Source: Callorhinchus milii (Eukaryota). Taken from it: a DNA stretch of 64,000 bases. Position numbers and translations under genes: made by a program. Below are positions 24,501 through 37,810 of the stretch, piece after piece. The notes under the pieces are model-generated. The model worked only from the letters and a program-made list of their open reading frames with translations. It did no database searches and was not told where the DNA came from. The first letter of the stretch is position 1; every line of letters begins with the position of its first letter. The DNA lies in contig NW_024704742.1 in assembly GCF_018977255.1 (NCBI RefSeq), forward strand, positions 74,216,001-74,280,000, given 5' to 3'.

Positions 24501-26588
24501 TAATGCACACACACACCACTTTAAAGGATATCCTGTGAACCCCTTTAAAGCATCTCGAGGACAAGATAGATGATATATCAAATGCAAGAATTATTATATA
24601 TGTATGCATCAAGTTTCCTCTTGAAGGTCTATGGGCTTTTTGCTTTAACCACAGCTTGTGGCAGTGAGTTTCATATTCTCACATCCTCTGCATGAAGAAG
24701 TTTCTATTAAATAGGACTATGTCTTCACTGAGGTTAATTCAGCTTCTCACACTGTCAGACTCCACATCTTTTTCCCAACTGTTCATTTTTGGCTATGATA
24801 TGGGATTACAGGAATGATTTGGTACATTTTCTGAAAGGTTATTGCCAGGTGGGAGCTGCAAACCTTCAATAAAATCCAGAACATTTGTCACATTTACATT
24901 ATTTGGCAGAAGACCTCAGACTTGTATTGCTGTACAAATTCAGAAAACCAAAACGATGACATGCTAACCTGATGAGAGAATCTGTCAGTTTAGCCAAAGA
25001 TATAACATGGTTTCATTGATATGAAACATCCTTTCTGCCATATTTACTGCACCATGTTCAGCTTCCCACAGACTTACATCAGACTGAGTTTCAGTTTTGT
25101 TAAAAATATTGTTTAAAGCATGTTAAAACTGTTCTCTAAAAATAATAATTTAGAATAAAGGAATATATTAAAATCAGCTATTTGATTTGGATTTATTCTT
25201 TATTGGATTTGTTTTTGGCAAGTCCTCATCCAACAAATAGTATATCTAAAACAGTTTTGGAACACTCACATTAGAACGCTAGTAGAGATGGCAATACTGT
25301 ATTTACGTCTGAGTGGCCAAAGGCATCTTTGAAGTGGATTTGAGATGGGACTTAAAGACAGAGAGCGGGCAAGACAATTGGTAATGGGAGAGAGTTTCAG
25401 AGGTTTGGAGTGTGGGACTGAAGTTTTGGCAACCGATGGTGCAGAGAAGGCAGGGGACGCGCAACAAACCCAATGAGCTGAGTAGAGAAGGCAAGTGGAC
25501 AAGTAGGGTAAGAGAAGAGAGATAATGAGGTTCCAAGGAGTATATAAAACTACAGGTGAGAATGAGAAGCTCAAATTGATCCACTAGGAGCCAGGAGCCA
25601 ATGAAGACTGGCAAAGAATAGGGTGATGGTGTTGGGCATGTGGAGTTTGATGGGGCTGAAGATGCGGACAGTGGTTTTGAATGACTCTTCCGTTCCTCTT
25701 TCCCATGTACAAATCAAGAATGCTCCTTGTTGGTAGCATTGATAAGAACTCTGAGACATTACCCTGGTTGGAGGGCACTATATAAGTGCAAGTTGTTGTA
25801 ACACAACCTGAAGCAGTAAGATAATTCAGTTTCACTAAAAATTCAACAAAATTATTCTGAGTCTTTTATTTTACTTTATAATAAGAGAGTAAACCTCTAC
25901 TCCTCTGTCTCATCTACCTCTTTGTCTTTAAATCCTGCCTAAAAAACTACCTCTTCAATGTACCTACAATCATCAGGATCATCTCCCCATTCCCACCTTT
26001 CTTCTGTCCTCCTCCCCCTTTCCTTTGCTTGGCATCTGACCCCATTCTTGTGAAGTGTTTCGAGGCATTATCCTACATGAAGAACGCTATATAAATGCAT
26101 GTTATTGTTGAGTAAGTTGAGTAAAAGTACTTCACTCAATTTTTCTTGCCTCTTTAAGTAATTAAAGTAAATTAAAGAAAATTGAAGAAAGTTTACCTTG
26201 ATTATAAACTAAACCAATGTACTGATTTCACATTGACACTTTCCTAGTGACACAAGTTCTGAATTTTCACTGGAACAAAGTTATGATCAAATAAAGATCT
26301 TCTGAAAGATTTTTAGAGGACAGTGAAAGATTACAACTGCTGCTTGGTAAATCAATATCGGGGGTGGGGGTGCGGGGTGGGGGGAGCATATTATACTATT
26401 ACAATTGAGGAATATGCAATTGTAAATTCCATGATACCCTAGAGAGTTCAATAAAGCCAAAGAGTATTTTCTTCAAGAGCAAAGGAGAAATAGAGAATGA
26501 CCCAATTCTGTTTTGAAACTACTGATGTATTGTTCTTGACTTGCATGTGAAAATCTGTAGTACAGGTACAACAACTTAATCTGAAATC

Positions 26589-26837
26589 ATGCCTCCAAAA
26601 TCTAGATCTGCAGCCATTAACCGCAATAAGCTCAGTCTGAAACAGATTGTTAAGTTAATTGAGAGCAGTGAGGGGAAATCGCAGCACATATTTGTAGAGC
26701 TCTATGGATTTGGCAGGATGCAGGTTGCTAGTATTGTAAAGAATATATTTGCAGGCCATGAAGAGAATGAGTTTTCTACCAGGATAGTACTGCCATGGAT
26801 ACTGCTACATGACATGGATTTGTTGTCATTGAAATGA
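26589..26837 (+). mobile_element. Tigger/pogo transposase N-terminal HTH remnant
   Basis: RNKLSLKQIVKLIESSEGKSQ...YGFGRMQVASIVKN resembles the psq/CENP-B-type HTH of pogo transposases; truncated. Confidence 0.55.
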
Positions 26838-26969
26838 TTCTATTGCTCAACAACTCAACAAGTCTGACTTCAAGGCATCCACTGATTGGCTGTGGAGATT
26901 CAAGGGACAACATCAAGGGAGAAAGGGTGACTAGATGGCACTGTAGTACTAGACTTCTTCACCTCAAAG

Positions 26970-28485
26970 ATTGAAAACCAGTCTCAATCCTCAGGTTCTG
27001 CTCCTCACCATCTGAAAAACCGCTGTTATCCCTCCTCAAAAAACCCACCCTCAATCCCTCTAATCTTTCACACTACCATTCCATTTCCAACCTACCCTTC
27101 CTTGCCAAAATCCTGGAACGCATTGTTGCAGATCAACTTCGGTCACACCTCTCCCTCCACTCCCTCCTTGAGTCCCTGCAGTCTGGTTTTCGATCTTCCC
27201 TAGCACAGAAACAGTGCTTGTCAAAGTCACAAACAACATGCTTTATCTGTGACCAGGGATCCCTCTGTCTCCTCATCCTGGATCTCTCTGCCGCATTCAA
27301 CACAGTTGACCACGCCATCGTCCTCCACCGCCTCTCTTCCCTAATCCACCTTAGTGGGACCATGCTCGCATGGTTTGAGTCCTACTTAACCAACCGCCTC
27401 CACTTCATCTCAACAAATGGTTTCTCCTCCACGCCCTGACTGTCACCTATTGGGTACCCCAGGGCTCCATCCTTGGCCTTCTTCTTTTCCTCATCTATTT
27501 GCTCCCTCTGGGCGATGTCATCCACAGACATGGGGTAAATTTCCACACTTATGCAGATGATACACAAATCTGCTTTGCCTCCTCCAGTACCAACTCCAGG
27601 TCCGTTCTATCAGCTTGTCTGGCAGACATCAGGGCCTGGATGAGTGTAAACTTCCTGCAGCTGAATGTGGACAAGATGGAAGCCATACTCTTTGGCTCTC
27701 GTCAACATCTTCACTCCTGAGGATCTGAACTCCTCACCTCCCTGGGCTCTCCGTCAAACTCAGGGAACCAGTGCACAATCTAGGCGTCTGGTTCGAACTC
27801 CAGCTGTCCTTCCTCCCCCATATCCAGTACCTAACCAGGACTGCTTTCCTCCACCTCTGCCACATTGTCCGTCTCCGACCGTACCTTACCCCAAATGCAG
27901 CCGAAACCTTCATGCATGTGCTTATCACCTCCCGCCTGGATTATTCAACGCTCTCATCACCGGTCTCCCCAGCTCCACTATTCAAAAACTCCAGCTCATT
28001 CAGAACTCTGCCGCCTGCATACTGACCCGGACCAAACTCCGTACCCACATCTCACCAGTTCTGGACAGGCTTCACTGGCTCCCCATCATCAAACAGATCG
28101 ACTTCAAGATCCTCACACTCGTGTTCAAATCCATTCACTCCCTGGCACCTCCCTACATCTCCGACCTCCTCACTCCCCAATCTACCACCTGGCGCTTCTG
28201 CTTGACTGGCACCGGCCTCCTGCTCGCCCCTCGCACCCTCCGCCCCACCATTGAAGGTCGTGCTTTCAGCCACTACACCCCAAAACTCTGGAACACTCTC
28301 CCTCAATCCCTCCGCCTTGCCCCCTCTCTCCCCTTTATCAAGTCCCGTCTGAAAACCTTCCTTTTCGATCATGCTCATTTCCCCCCAACCCCCTCGGCTT
28401 GGAGTCAGGCTCTGTCACTGTTAAGTGCTCTGAGATGCTATCCTGTGTGGAGGGCGCTATATAAGTGCAAGTTGTTGCTGTTGTA
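26970..28485 (+). mobile_element. L2-clade LINE, 5'-truncated, decayed reverse transcriptase plus 3' tail
   Basis: LLILDLSAAFNTVDH, PQGSIL, YADDTQI, RLHWLP, KTFLF motifs split by frameshifts; (ttg)n-type tail. Confidence 0.9.
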
Positions 28486-29599
28486 GTGGAAGAGTAGAAG
28501 GAGAAGCTGTGTGGAATCATTGCTGGCTAACAGGCCAGGGTCATTTTCAACAACAACAACAGCAAAATTACATTTGTGTAGTGCCTTTCATGTTGGGAAG
28601 ACGTCTTCAACATGGATGAATGTGTATGTGAAATTTGTCCTGGCTCACAAAACTTCAGCAGTTGGAGGCCAGGATAATAGTGGTGGGAATGGATAAGACA
28701 GCCCAGCCACAGAGTCCGACAGGTTGGCCTTCCCAGCGATAGTGTAGCGCAGCAGTTCAAGGCTGGAAAAACAGATCGAGAGAAAACAGAACCAGAGGAA
28801 CTAGAAGAATCTGAACCTTAACTATGAGCTCACTAACTTTTCTCAGGGTTTGGAGTTAATGGGACAGATGAGGACATTTGTCTTGGAAAAGCCTGGACTT
28901 ATGGGAGACTGCAGCAACTGGGGAACAGTCAAACAGTCAACCTGAATGAGTAATCAAGATTTAAAAAATGCTGCACATATTTCCAATTGAATAATTTGTT
29001 TTTAGTAAGCTATGCAGCTAAAGAAAGATTAACTATTCTGGTAAATTTATTTGCCTTGGAAATGTGATTTTACAGTAAAAGCCAATTTAAGTGCATAAGG
29101 CCAAGGTCAGTAAATTTACAAGGACCAATATTCATGCAATGTTGGCTAAAGTACCATCAAATGGAAAACAACTCCTTTTTTGGCAGGATTTATTGGCAAC
29201 CAAATGGAGAAAAAAATACTATTCATCTGAAAGGCATTTTAACTGGTAAATCAGTTCTTTCTTGATTAGTATTCCAGAATATTTCTTTGCAGCCGAAATT
29301 TAGAATTAATGACTAGTTAAAATAGTGGTCTCAATTCTCTACCAATCTGCTGTAGGACAGCCTGAATTTGCTATACGAATGAGTTGGCAGCTTTGTAAAA
29401 TGCCATCAGAAATGTCATTCACTGTTCTCACCCCCTCCCCTGATTGCGGACTGTTACTCTTTTTGTTCGGTTAAAATGAAACTGTGAAAGCAGGGGGATT
29501 CGGCAAGAAAAAATAAATATGTTGGAAATGCACAATATATCTATCAACATATGAAATACATTAAAAGAAGATTAAAACGTTCCTGTTCTGAACCTTCAT

Positions 29600-30600
29600 C
29601 ACACTGTCAATGTTACTCTAACACTGGCACTGTTGCTCTAACACTATCATTCTTACTCTAACGCCACCACTCTTACTCTAACACTGTCACTGATTCTCTT
29701 ATACAGTAACTATTACTCTATCACTGTTACTCTAACATTGTCACTCTTACTCTAACACTTTCACTGATACTCTAATAGTAATTGTTGGTCTAACCCTTGA
29801 CTCTAACACCAACACTGATACTCTTAATCTTCGAATTCAAGATCCTCATCCTCGCCCACAAGGCCATTCACGGCTTTGCTCCCTCCTACCTCTCCGACCT
29901 ACTATCCCCCTACCTACCTGCCCGTACCCTCCGTTCCTCTGGCTCCGGTCTGCTCCACATCCCCCGCCCCAACCGCCCTACCATCGGTGGTCGGGCCTTC
30001 AGCCTCTCAGCCCCGAGGCTCTGGAACTCCATCCCCCAGTGCCTTCGCCGCCTCCTCCCTTTCCTCCTTCAAGGCCGGTCTCAAGACCTTTCTCTTTGAC
30101 CGTGCCTTCAGCTCCCCTCTCGACTCTCTACCCCTCCTCGCTCCCTCCCATCCCTCCCCTCACCCTGACCATTTCCCACCATTTCCCCCTCCTCGCTCCC
30201 TCCCTTCCCTCCCCTCACCATTTCCCCTTGCTCGGGTCCTGACCCAACTGTACAGCGCTTTGGGACGTCCTCCCGACGTGAAAGGCGCTCTATAAATGGA
30301 ATCTTGTTGTTGTTGTTAACACAACTGTTGCTCTGTCACTGTTACTCTATCATTGCTGCTTGATCACTTTTACAGTCACGGTTACTCGAACAGCAACTGT
30401 TACTGTCACTGATACTCAATAATAATAAATAATACTCAAAACAGCAACTGTTACTCTATCACTATTGCCTTATTACTCTTACTGTCACTTATACACTCAA
30501 AAGGACTATAGCTTCATAACTGTTATTTATCACTGTTACTCTACCACTGTTACTCTTAACACTGCCACTCTGACATAGTAACGATTGCTCTATCATTTTC
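29600..30600. repeat. Degenerate short-period tandem array (actgttactctaac-like), interrupted by L2 insertions
   Basis: Repeated ttactctaac/actgttact motifs at 29600-29825, 30320-30600 and 31125-31190. Confidence 0.7.
29829..30316 (+). mobile_element. Young L2 3' fragment inserted in a degenerate tandem array
   Basis: FKILILAHKAIHG...APRLWNSIP; tail gtgaaaggcgctctataaatggaatc(ttg)n. Confidence 0.88.
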
Positions 30601-30604
30601 ACTC

Positions 30605-31125
30605 AAATGCCCTCTTTGCCCGTCTCCCTAGCTCCAGTATCCACAAAATTTAGTTAATCTAAAACTCCGCCGCCCTCATATTCACCCACACTAAACTCTG
30701 TATCCCCATCACTCTAGTTCTCGACAGGCTCCACTCATTGAATGGATCGATTTCAAGATCCTCACTTGTTTTCAAATCCCTTCATACCGTGGCATCTCCT
30801 TACCTCTCCGACCTGCTTACTCCCCACTCCACTACCTATCGCCTCTTCTGGCCTGGCTCCGGCCTCCTGCTTGTCCCTCGTGCCCTCCGTTGCACCATTG
30901 GTGGTCGCGCTTTCAGCCACTACGACCTAAAACTCTGAAATAAACACCCTCCCTCTACCCCTCCACCTTACACCCTCCTTCCCCATCTTGGGTCCCCAAC
31001 CGAAGACGTCCCTCTTCGACCGTGCCTACGGTCACCTCCGCCCTGCCCTTGGCTCGGCATCGTGCTCCGCCACTGTCAAGTGCATTGGGACGCTATATAA
31101 ATGCAAATTGTTGTTGTGGTTGTTT
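30605..31125 (+). mobile_element. L2 3' fragment
   Basis: PYLSDLL, IGGRAFSHY; (ttg)n tail. Confidence 0.8.
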
Positions 31126-31249
31126 TACCGTTGCTCTAATAGTTGCCCTATCACTGATACTCTCAGGGTAACTGTTGCTCTGTAACTGTGACCAGACACA
31201 GTGTGTACACTAAGTGCTTTTCTTCCCCACCCAAAGGCAGGAGCCCACG

Positions 31250-32400
31250 CCCCGCCCTCCCCGCTCCAATGCTTCACCACCATTGGACAACCAACTTGCC
31301 CCCACATTCCATTCGCAGGCCCCGCCCCCACAGAGCGCAGACGCGGTGGTTGGGTGTCACTTGACGTCCATCAAACCGTTGTCACAGCAGCGAGCCCCGG
31401 TGGGCGGGACCAGCGGGAATGCCCCGCCCTTCACAAGCTTCGGTTAGCCGATTGGTCCGGGGCCGCCGGGCAGCCCCGCCCTGCCGCGTGGGCGGAGAGC
31501 AGCCATTAGACAGGGCGCATGTCAATCACTCAACTTCACCCGTCAGCCCAGTCACCGTGGCGACGCAGCCTGGGTGGAGCGCGACGCCTGTTTACCGCAC
31601 GCGGCTGTGCAGACGGCAGTCGCTGGCCCTCAGTCAGCAATGCCGGCCGCTGGCCAGGGGACGTGGAGCGGGGCGTCCGCAGCACTAGCGGTGGCGCACC
31701 CCTAGTGGGGGCGAGGAGTGTTTACGGCGGGCGGGGCGGGGCGGGGCGGCCGCTCCTGTCTCCCTCTCACACTGACTGACTGACGGGACTGCCGGGCCCG
31801 GCGCTGCCCGTTGCCAAGGAGACGCGGGAGAGAGGATGATGATGATGAGCTCCCGGGTCAGGCCTCAGCCGCCGCCGCCGCTCCCGGGCAGGCTCACCCC
31901 GGCCGCCTCCCGCCTGCAGGGGCAGCAGCAGCAGCAGCAGGAGGAGCAGCTGGAGATGGGCAAGGTGCGGGGCTCGGGGGACGGCCGGCACCAGGCCCGG
32001 GGAGCCGGCCGCCGGGCTCGCGGCAGCGGCGCCTCCTCCTCTTCCACCTCGTCCGCAGCCTCGTCCCGCCAGGCCTGGAGCCGGGCCAACCCCGGCTACG
32101 AGCCCGGGGACGAGGAGCTGGACATGGAGCTGGAGTGGGCAGAAGCGGCCGGGGCGGCGCCCCCTTCGAGCCCCGGGAGGAGGTCAGCGTCCAGCGCCGG
32201 CAGCGGCACCAGCGGCGGCGGCGGCAGCGGCGGGGCTCCGGGGTACAATCCCCGCGGCAATGGCAGGAACAGGGGCCCGTGTCCCACCCCCACCCGGGAG
32301 CTCCAGGCCAGGAGGCCGGGCTGTGCCGGGAAGGTCCTGCAGAAAATCCGAGGTGAGAGCCCCGGGGGGTCCTGTCCGGGTTATACATTTTTGCCCTCTG
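31250..32400. promoter_or_regulatory. CpG island / PKD2 promoter and exon 1
   Basis: Sharp rise in GC and CpG. CCAAT boxes at 31266 (+), 31282 (-) and 31451 (-); CRE-like TGACGTC at 31362; tandem GC boxes at 31726-31749; X-box-like motifs at 31551-31564 and 31810-31823. Confidence 0.85.
31836..32352 (+). CDS. PKD2: PKD2 (polycystin-2/TRPP2) exon 1
   Basis: MMMMSSRVRPQP (N-terminal RVxP ciliary motif), QAWSRANPGYE, ELEW; donor CGAG|gtgaga, phase 1. The start could be any of four tandem ATGs. Confidence 0.88.
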
Positions 32401-33759
32401 CGGTCCCAGCGACTGCTCACTCCAGATTTGATGCATTTCGGACGGGCCGCAAAGGTTTGTTTTTCCCTCGTCCTCACATTGCCAGTGTTTCTGATTAAAC
32501 TGCAGATGTGACGGGAAGAGGGTATATTTTAAAGCACTGCAGCCTCAGAGAGAAGCGGCACACACACACACAGCATGTTGTCTGTCCTCTGTAACTCATA
32601 CCGTGCGGTCTGTCCGACACCAGTGCGGTTACTGGGCCGTGTGCTGCACTATCCCATGTGCTGTCCTTCGGATGAGACTTTAAACTGAGGTCCTTGTTCT
32701 GGTGGACTTTAAAGAGCCACTGCACTACTTGAAAAGCAAGGGAGTTTCTCTTGGTCTGCTGGCCATCAATCGGCCCAAATAATGTTGGTCATTCCCTTCA
32801 TGACTGTTTGTGGAGCTTGTATCAAATAAGTAATGGAGTATGTCTTAAAACATATATGAGTAAAGCACTTGCGGATCGCCTGAGGAGCCATTGATAGCAC
32901 ATCACCAAGGTAGTCTGAGGAACCATTAACTAAAAGCAAAGTTCACCAATGAACAACAGTATAAAATCGCTAATGTTATGGATATACCGCTAAAGATTGC
33001 TGAAATTCAACTTTGAAATTATCAGAATAGTTTTTTCTAGTGCAATCGTTTTGGAGATAGAAATTTGATTGAAGGAAGACTTGCATTTGGTAGCTTTGGT
33101 TGTATTTTTGCAATGTGCATAGTTTGCTATGGCTTTTGGGTCTCATCTGAAGGAGCTGAGATTAATTCTTATAGAAAAAAATGTCCATTCTGTTTAAAAT
33201 GCCCCTCAAATTAAAAGGATCTCATTATTGATTGCCTTCACATTTAAAATAGAAATCCCAGTTTCATGTAGAGTTTGGATCTGTGAAGATGTTACTTATA
33301 GTTTGCTTAGAGGTAGTGAGTGACATTTTGCTGCTCAGGTATTGTAGGTATCGTGGATTTTAACATCCGTATGGTATTCTCACACAAGTGCCTCAATTTA
33401 ACTAGTGGGGGAGTGGGACTAGTTGGATAACTCTTTCAAAGAGTTGGCGCCGGCATGAAGCCCACATTAGACCTTTGAACGTCTGTAGTCCAGGCTGACA
33501 CTCTAACGTAGTGCTGGGGGTTAGACTGCATTGTCAAATGGAAAGTTGTACCAACAATCTTTTTGCTTTCCTAGCATATCGTTACTTTTCTTCTTCAGAG
33601 CCTGAAAAAAATTACAGCCATTCGGGGCACATTCTCCCCTCTCTTTGACTGTGTCTGTGTGTGTCTCTTTCTTTTATTAATGAGAATGTGTGAAAAACAC
33701 AGAAAGCAATGTTTTCCAAACTTTTTCCCCGATGTAATGGGATTGCAAATATGGAATGC

Positions 33760-34650
33760 GGAGTAACATAGAAATGTTCAGTGCAGAAGGAGGCCATTCA
33801 GCACATCAAGCCTGCACCACCTTACAGAACAAGGATATCGCTTCAATCCCACCGTCTGGCATATTCTCTTCAAGCCCCTGTCTTTCATATGCCTGGCTAC
33901 TTCCCTCTTGAAAGGTACACCTCTACTACCCATCTTGGTAGGGCATCTCATACACCAACTACTCATTGGGGAAGACAATTTCTCCTAGGTTCTTTTCACT
34001 CTTGTGGCTGTCTTTTAACTCTGTCCCATAGTTGCTGACTCCCCTATCAATGGAAATAACTTCTCTCTATTTACCCTCATGATTTTGTGCACCTCTATAA
34101 GGTTCCCCCTAAACCTTCTCTGCTCGAATGAAAACAGGTTCTCCAATCTCTTTTCGTAACTATCCCTTTATTCCTGGAATTATTCTTGGTAAAGCTCCTC
34201 TGCACCCTCTCCACCCCCTAACATCTTTCCTGAAGTGAGGTGCTCAGGATTTGATGCACTGCTCCAGCTGCGAACCAATGATTTATACAAGTTTAGGATT
34301 ATTCCTTTACTTTTGTACTCTATGATGCTGTCAATAAAACCTAGGATGTTATTAGCCTTCTTTACAACCTTTGTCGCTGCAGTGTTACTTTCAGTGTCTT
34401 ATGTACCTGCACTACCAAAGCCCTTTGTTCTCCATCTCCTTGCAAGTACCTGCCATGTATATTTCCCTCACTTTTTTTACCAAAATGAATCGCTTCAAGT
34501 TTCCTTCATTGAACTTCATATGCCAACGATCCGCCCATTGCGCTAATCTGTTTAAATCCTCTTGGAATCTCTTGCCATGCTCATCACTGTTCACAATACT
34601 TCCTTGCTTATCATCTGCAGACTTTGTTAAAATACCCCCATATCCAAGTT
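33760..34650 (-). mobile_element. Decayed CR1 LINE 3' region
   Basis: QEDLNRLAQWADRWHMKFN; CR1-like 3' UTR. Confidence 0.75.
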
Positions 34651-36094
34651 GAGGTCATTGGTGTACCTCTTCCTTACACCAAGTGGCCTGTCAACTTTTC
34701 GATATTAAAATACGTTAAGTAATTATCCATGCTATGCTGTTGGATTAATTGTTGCCCAGTTCAAAGAATAGTTTACATTCTGTGCCACTGACCCATTTGC
34801 GAATGGGATAATAGTGACTGTACTTTTTCCTATAAAACGGAGCAGCTGAGAAAGTTATTTCCTTTTCATGCATGCTGCTCTGCCAAATGGGAGGAAAAAA
34901 TGACCTGCGCGTTTGCCAGATAGTCTGGCTTTTGGGTAATAGCATAAAGTTCAGGCAAGGATTTGAAGTAGGAGGACAGCAGAGAATAATCAGTAGTCGT
35001 CAGTGACACTCTGTGTGCAGTGATATTAAATGCTCTAGATACTATAGATATTGGAATTAACAACATAACCCACTTTAGAGCTAATTGTTACACAGATACG
35101 TAGAAAAAATAATGGTATTGGGGACTTTCTCAAGTTCTGCAGTTTGAAGATGGAGAAGTGTGAGATCACTTTATATAAAACTGAAGCCAGATAGACTATG
35201 AGTTTTCCCGTTTCATTGTTATTGCTAATTATTCAGGATTCCAGAGGTTGTGATTTTTTGAGTGGTATTTTGCTGAATTGTGTCAGAATTGTTTTTGGAA
35301 TGTGTGTCTGTGTGGGGGGGGTCCACAACGCATTAACTGATCCAGATGGTTGGTATTTGAAATACAGTCAATTCACTTTACAGTATATGCTGTGAAGTGC
35401 TTTGAGACGTCTCGAAGATGTTAGAAGGCGCTATATCAAATGCAAGTATTATTATACGAATTAGATGATGGAGATGTACCACAGTTCACTTGTCCATTTT
35501 TCTTCCTTAATTTTCTTACTTCCAAACATTGGGGATCATGTATGTGGCTTCTACTCCCAACACTATTACCTCTTCCCTCCCGTCCTATAGCACAGATCAA
35601 GATTCATGCTGGAAAATGAAAGAAAAACTTTACCTTCTTTGATACAGACTATATAGCAGCACAAACCTACCTTGTAGGAATTGCAGCTTTAATGTCTTCC
35701 CAAACAATCCCATTTTGGACCATGATCGCTTGGAGTGCATTAACTACACTGTTTTGCTTATTGTTAACTAACATTCAAAATGATCCAATGTTTTGAAAAT
35801 GTTTTCATATTTACAGCTGTTTGTCATTGATTTAGGTTATCCAGGGAGTTTCACAGCAAAATAAATTCAATGATGAACTTTGAGCATCAACACGATCCAG
35901 GGTCCAATGGAAGAAATAAAACAGCCAAGAAATCTTTTAGTAAGAAATTTTGCAAATAAAGAGGTAGTGTGAAGTAATTACTACAATACAAATATGCTTT
36001 AAAGTAAGAGTTTGGCAAACTTGCAAAAAAAATTAACACAATTGGGAAATGTTCTTTATGCATCTAAAACAATTTATTTAAGTTAATTTACAAC

Positions 36095-37810
36095 ACAACA
36101 ACAAAATTACGTTTGAAAGGTGCCTTTCACGTCGGGAGGACGTCCCAAGGCACTAAACAGTCGGGGATCAGGATCCAAGCATGGTGGGGCAGGGTTGGGA
36201 TGAGAAAGGGCAGCGAGATAGGAGGAGGGCGGCTGAAGACACGGTTGTATAGGAGGGTCTTGAGTCGTGCCTTGAAGGAGGCAAGGGAGGGAGCAAGGCG
36301 AAGGGATTGTGGGATGGAGTTCCAAAGGGTGGGGCAGAGAGGCTGAAAGCCCGCCGCCGATGGTAGGGCGGGTCGGATGGGAGGCATGGAGCAGGCCGGA
36401 GCCTGCTGAGCGGAGGAAGTGAAAAGGTTGATACAGGGTCAGTAGGTCAGAGAGGTAGGAAGTGGCAAGGCCGTCTGGAAAGTGAGAACAAGGATTTTGA
36501 ATTCTATCCTCTGGGGATGGGGAGCCTGTGGAGTCGGGCGAGGGTGGGGGCGATGGGGTCACGGAGCCTGGTGTGGGAGAGGACATGAGCTGTAGAGTTC
36601 TAGATGATCTGCAGCTTGTGGAGGGAAGAGTTGGGAAGGCCGACAAGGAGGGAATTTCCGTAGTCAAGCCTTGAGGTGACAAATGCGTGGGTGAGGTTTT
36701 CAGAGGCCTGTGGTGTGAGGCAGTGGCAGAGTTGGGCAATGTTGAGGAGGTGGGGGAAGGCAGAGCGGGTCATGGCACGGATATGGGAGAGAAAGGACAA
36801 TTGAGTAATCACTAAGACGCCAAGCTTCCTGACTGCTTGGTGAGATGTAGTGCATCCGTGGATGCTGATGCTGCCAGTGCCTGAGGTGCGGAGGTGCTGG
36901 CACAAGCCAATCGGGGGCCTCGGTCTTGCTGACATTTAGCTGTGGAAAGGTGGCTGTCATCTAGGACTTGATGTCTGACAGACAGTCTGTCAAGACAGCA
37001 GTTGTCCTGGAATCAAGGGTGGAGGTAGAGAGATAGAGTTGGGTGTCATCTGCGTACGTGTAAAAATTGACCCTATGTCTGCGGATGATGTCACCGAGGG
37101 GGAGCATGTAGAGGTTTGAAAAGGAGGGGACCGAGAACAGAGCCCTGAGGAACACCGCACAAGACTGTGCGGGGGCTGGAAGAGAAACTGTTGGCGGAGA
37201 CAAATTGGAGACGGTGTGAGAGATAAGACCTGAACCATTCGAGGACAGAACCTTGAAGGTTGAGGTGAGAGGAGAGGCGGTGGAGGAGGATAGAGTGGTC
37301 CACGGTATCGAAGGCAGCAGAGAGGTCGAGCAGGACGAGGGGGCAGAGGGAGCCCTGGTCACAGGTGAATCTTGACCAGAGCAGTTTCTGTGCTGCGAGC
37401 CCGATTGGAGGGCCTCATGATGAGAGTGGTAGGAGACAAAAGAGCGAAGCTGAGAAGCAACGACTCTTTCAAGGACCTTGGAAAGAAAAGGCAGATAGTT
37501 AGAAAGCAGGGATGGGTTCAGGGAAGGTGTTTTCAGGATGGAGGTGATTATAGCTGTTTTTAGGGGGATGGGAACGGTGCCAGGTGATAAGGAGAGATTG
37601 ATGGTTTTGGAGTGTAGAGGGGTGAGGAGGTGGAGCTGGGAGGTAAGGAGAGGGGTGGGGATGGTGTCAAGGGAGCAGGTGGTGTGTTTTGTGCTGGATA
37701 TGGTGGTGATGAGAGAGGAGGGGGAGACAGGTTCGAAAATGTGGAGGGAGGGATGTGTGGGGGGAGATGCGGAGGGAGTGGCGGTTGGGAGGGTGGAGGC
37801 AGCTGAACGG
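36095..37810 (-). mobile_element. L2-clade LINE, decayed reverse transcriptase
   Basis: [43 protein letters not shown]; tail at the left end. Confidence 0.9.

Noticed and set aside
27665..28486. Long ORFs at 27665-28486, 36961-37956 and 61960-62628 as host genes
   Set aside because: They are fragments of L2 or CR1 ORF2 with frameshifts.
31811..32511. Several overlapping long ORFs on both strands
   Set aside because: Expected stop-codon scarcity in a GC-rich CpG island; only the 31836 frame matches PKD2.
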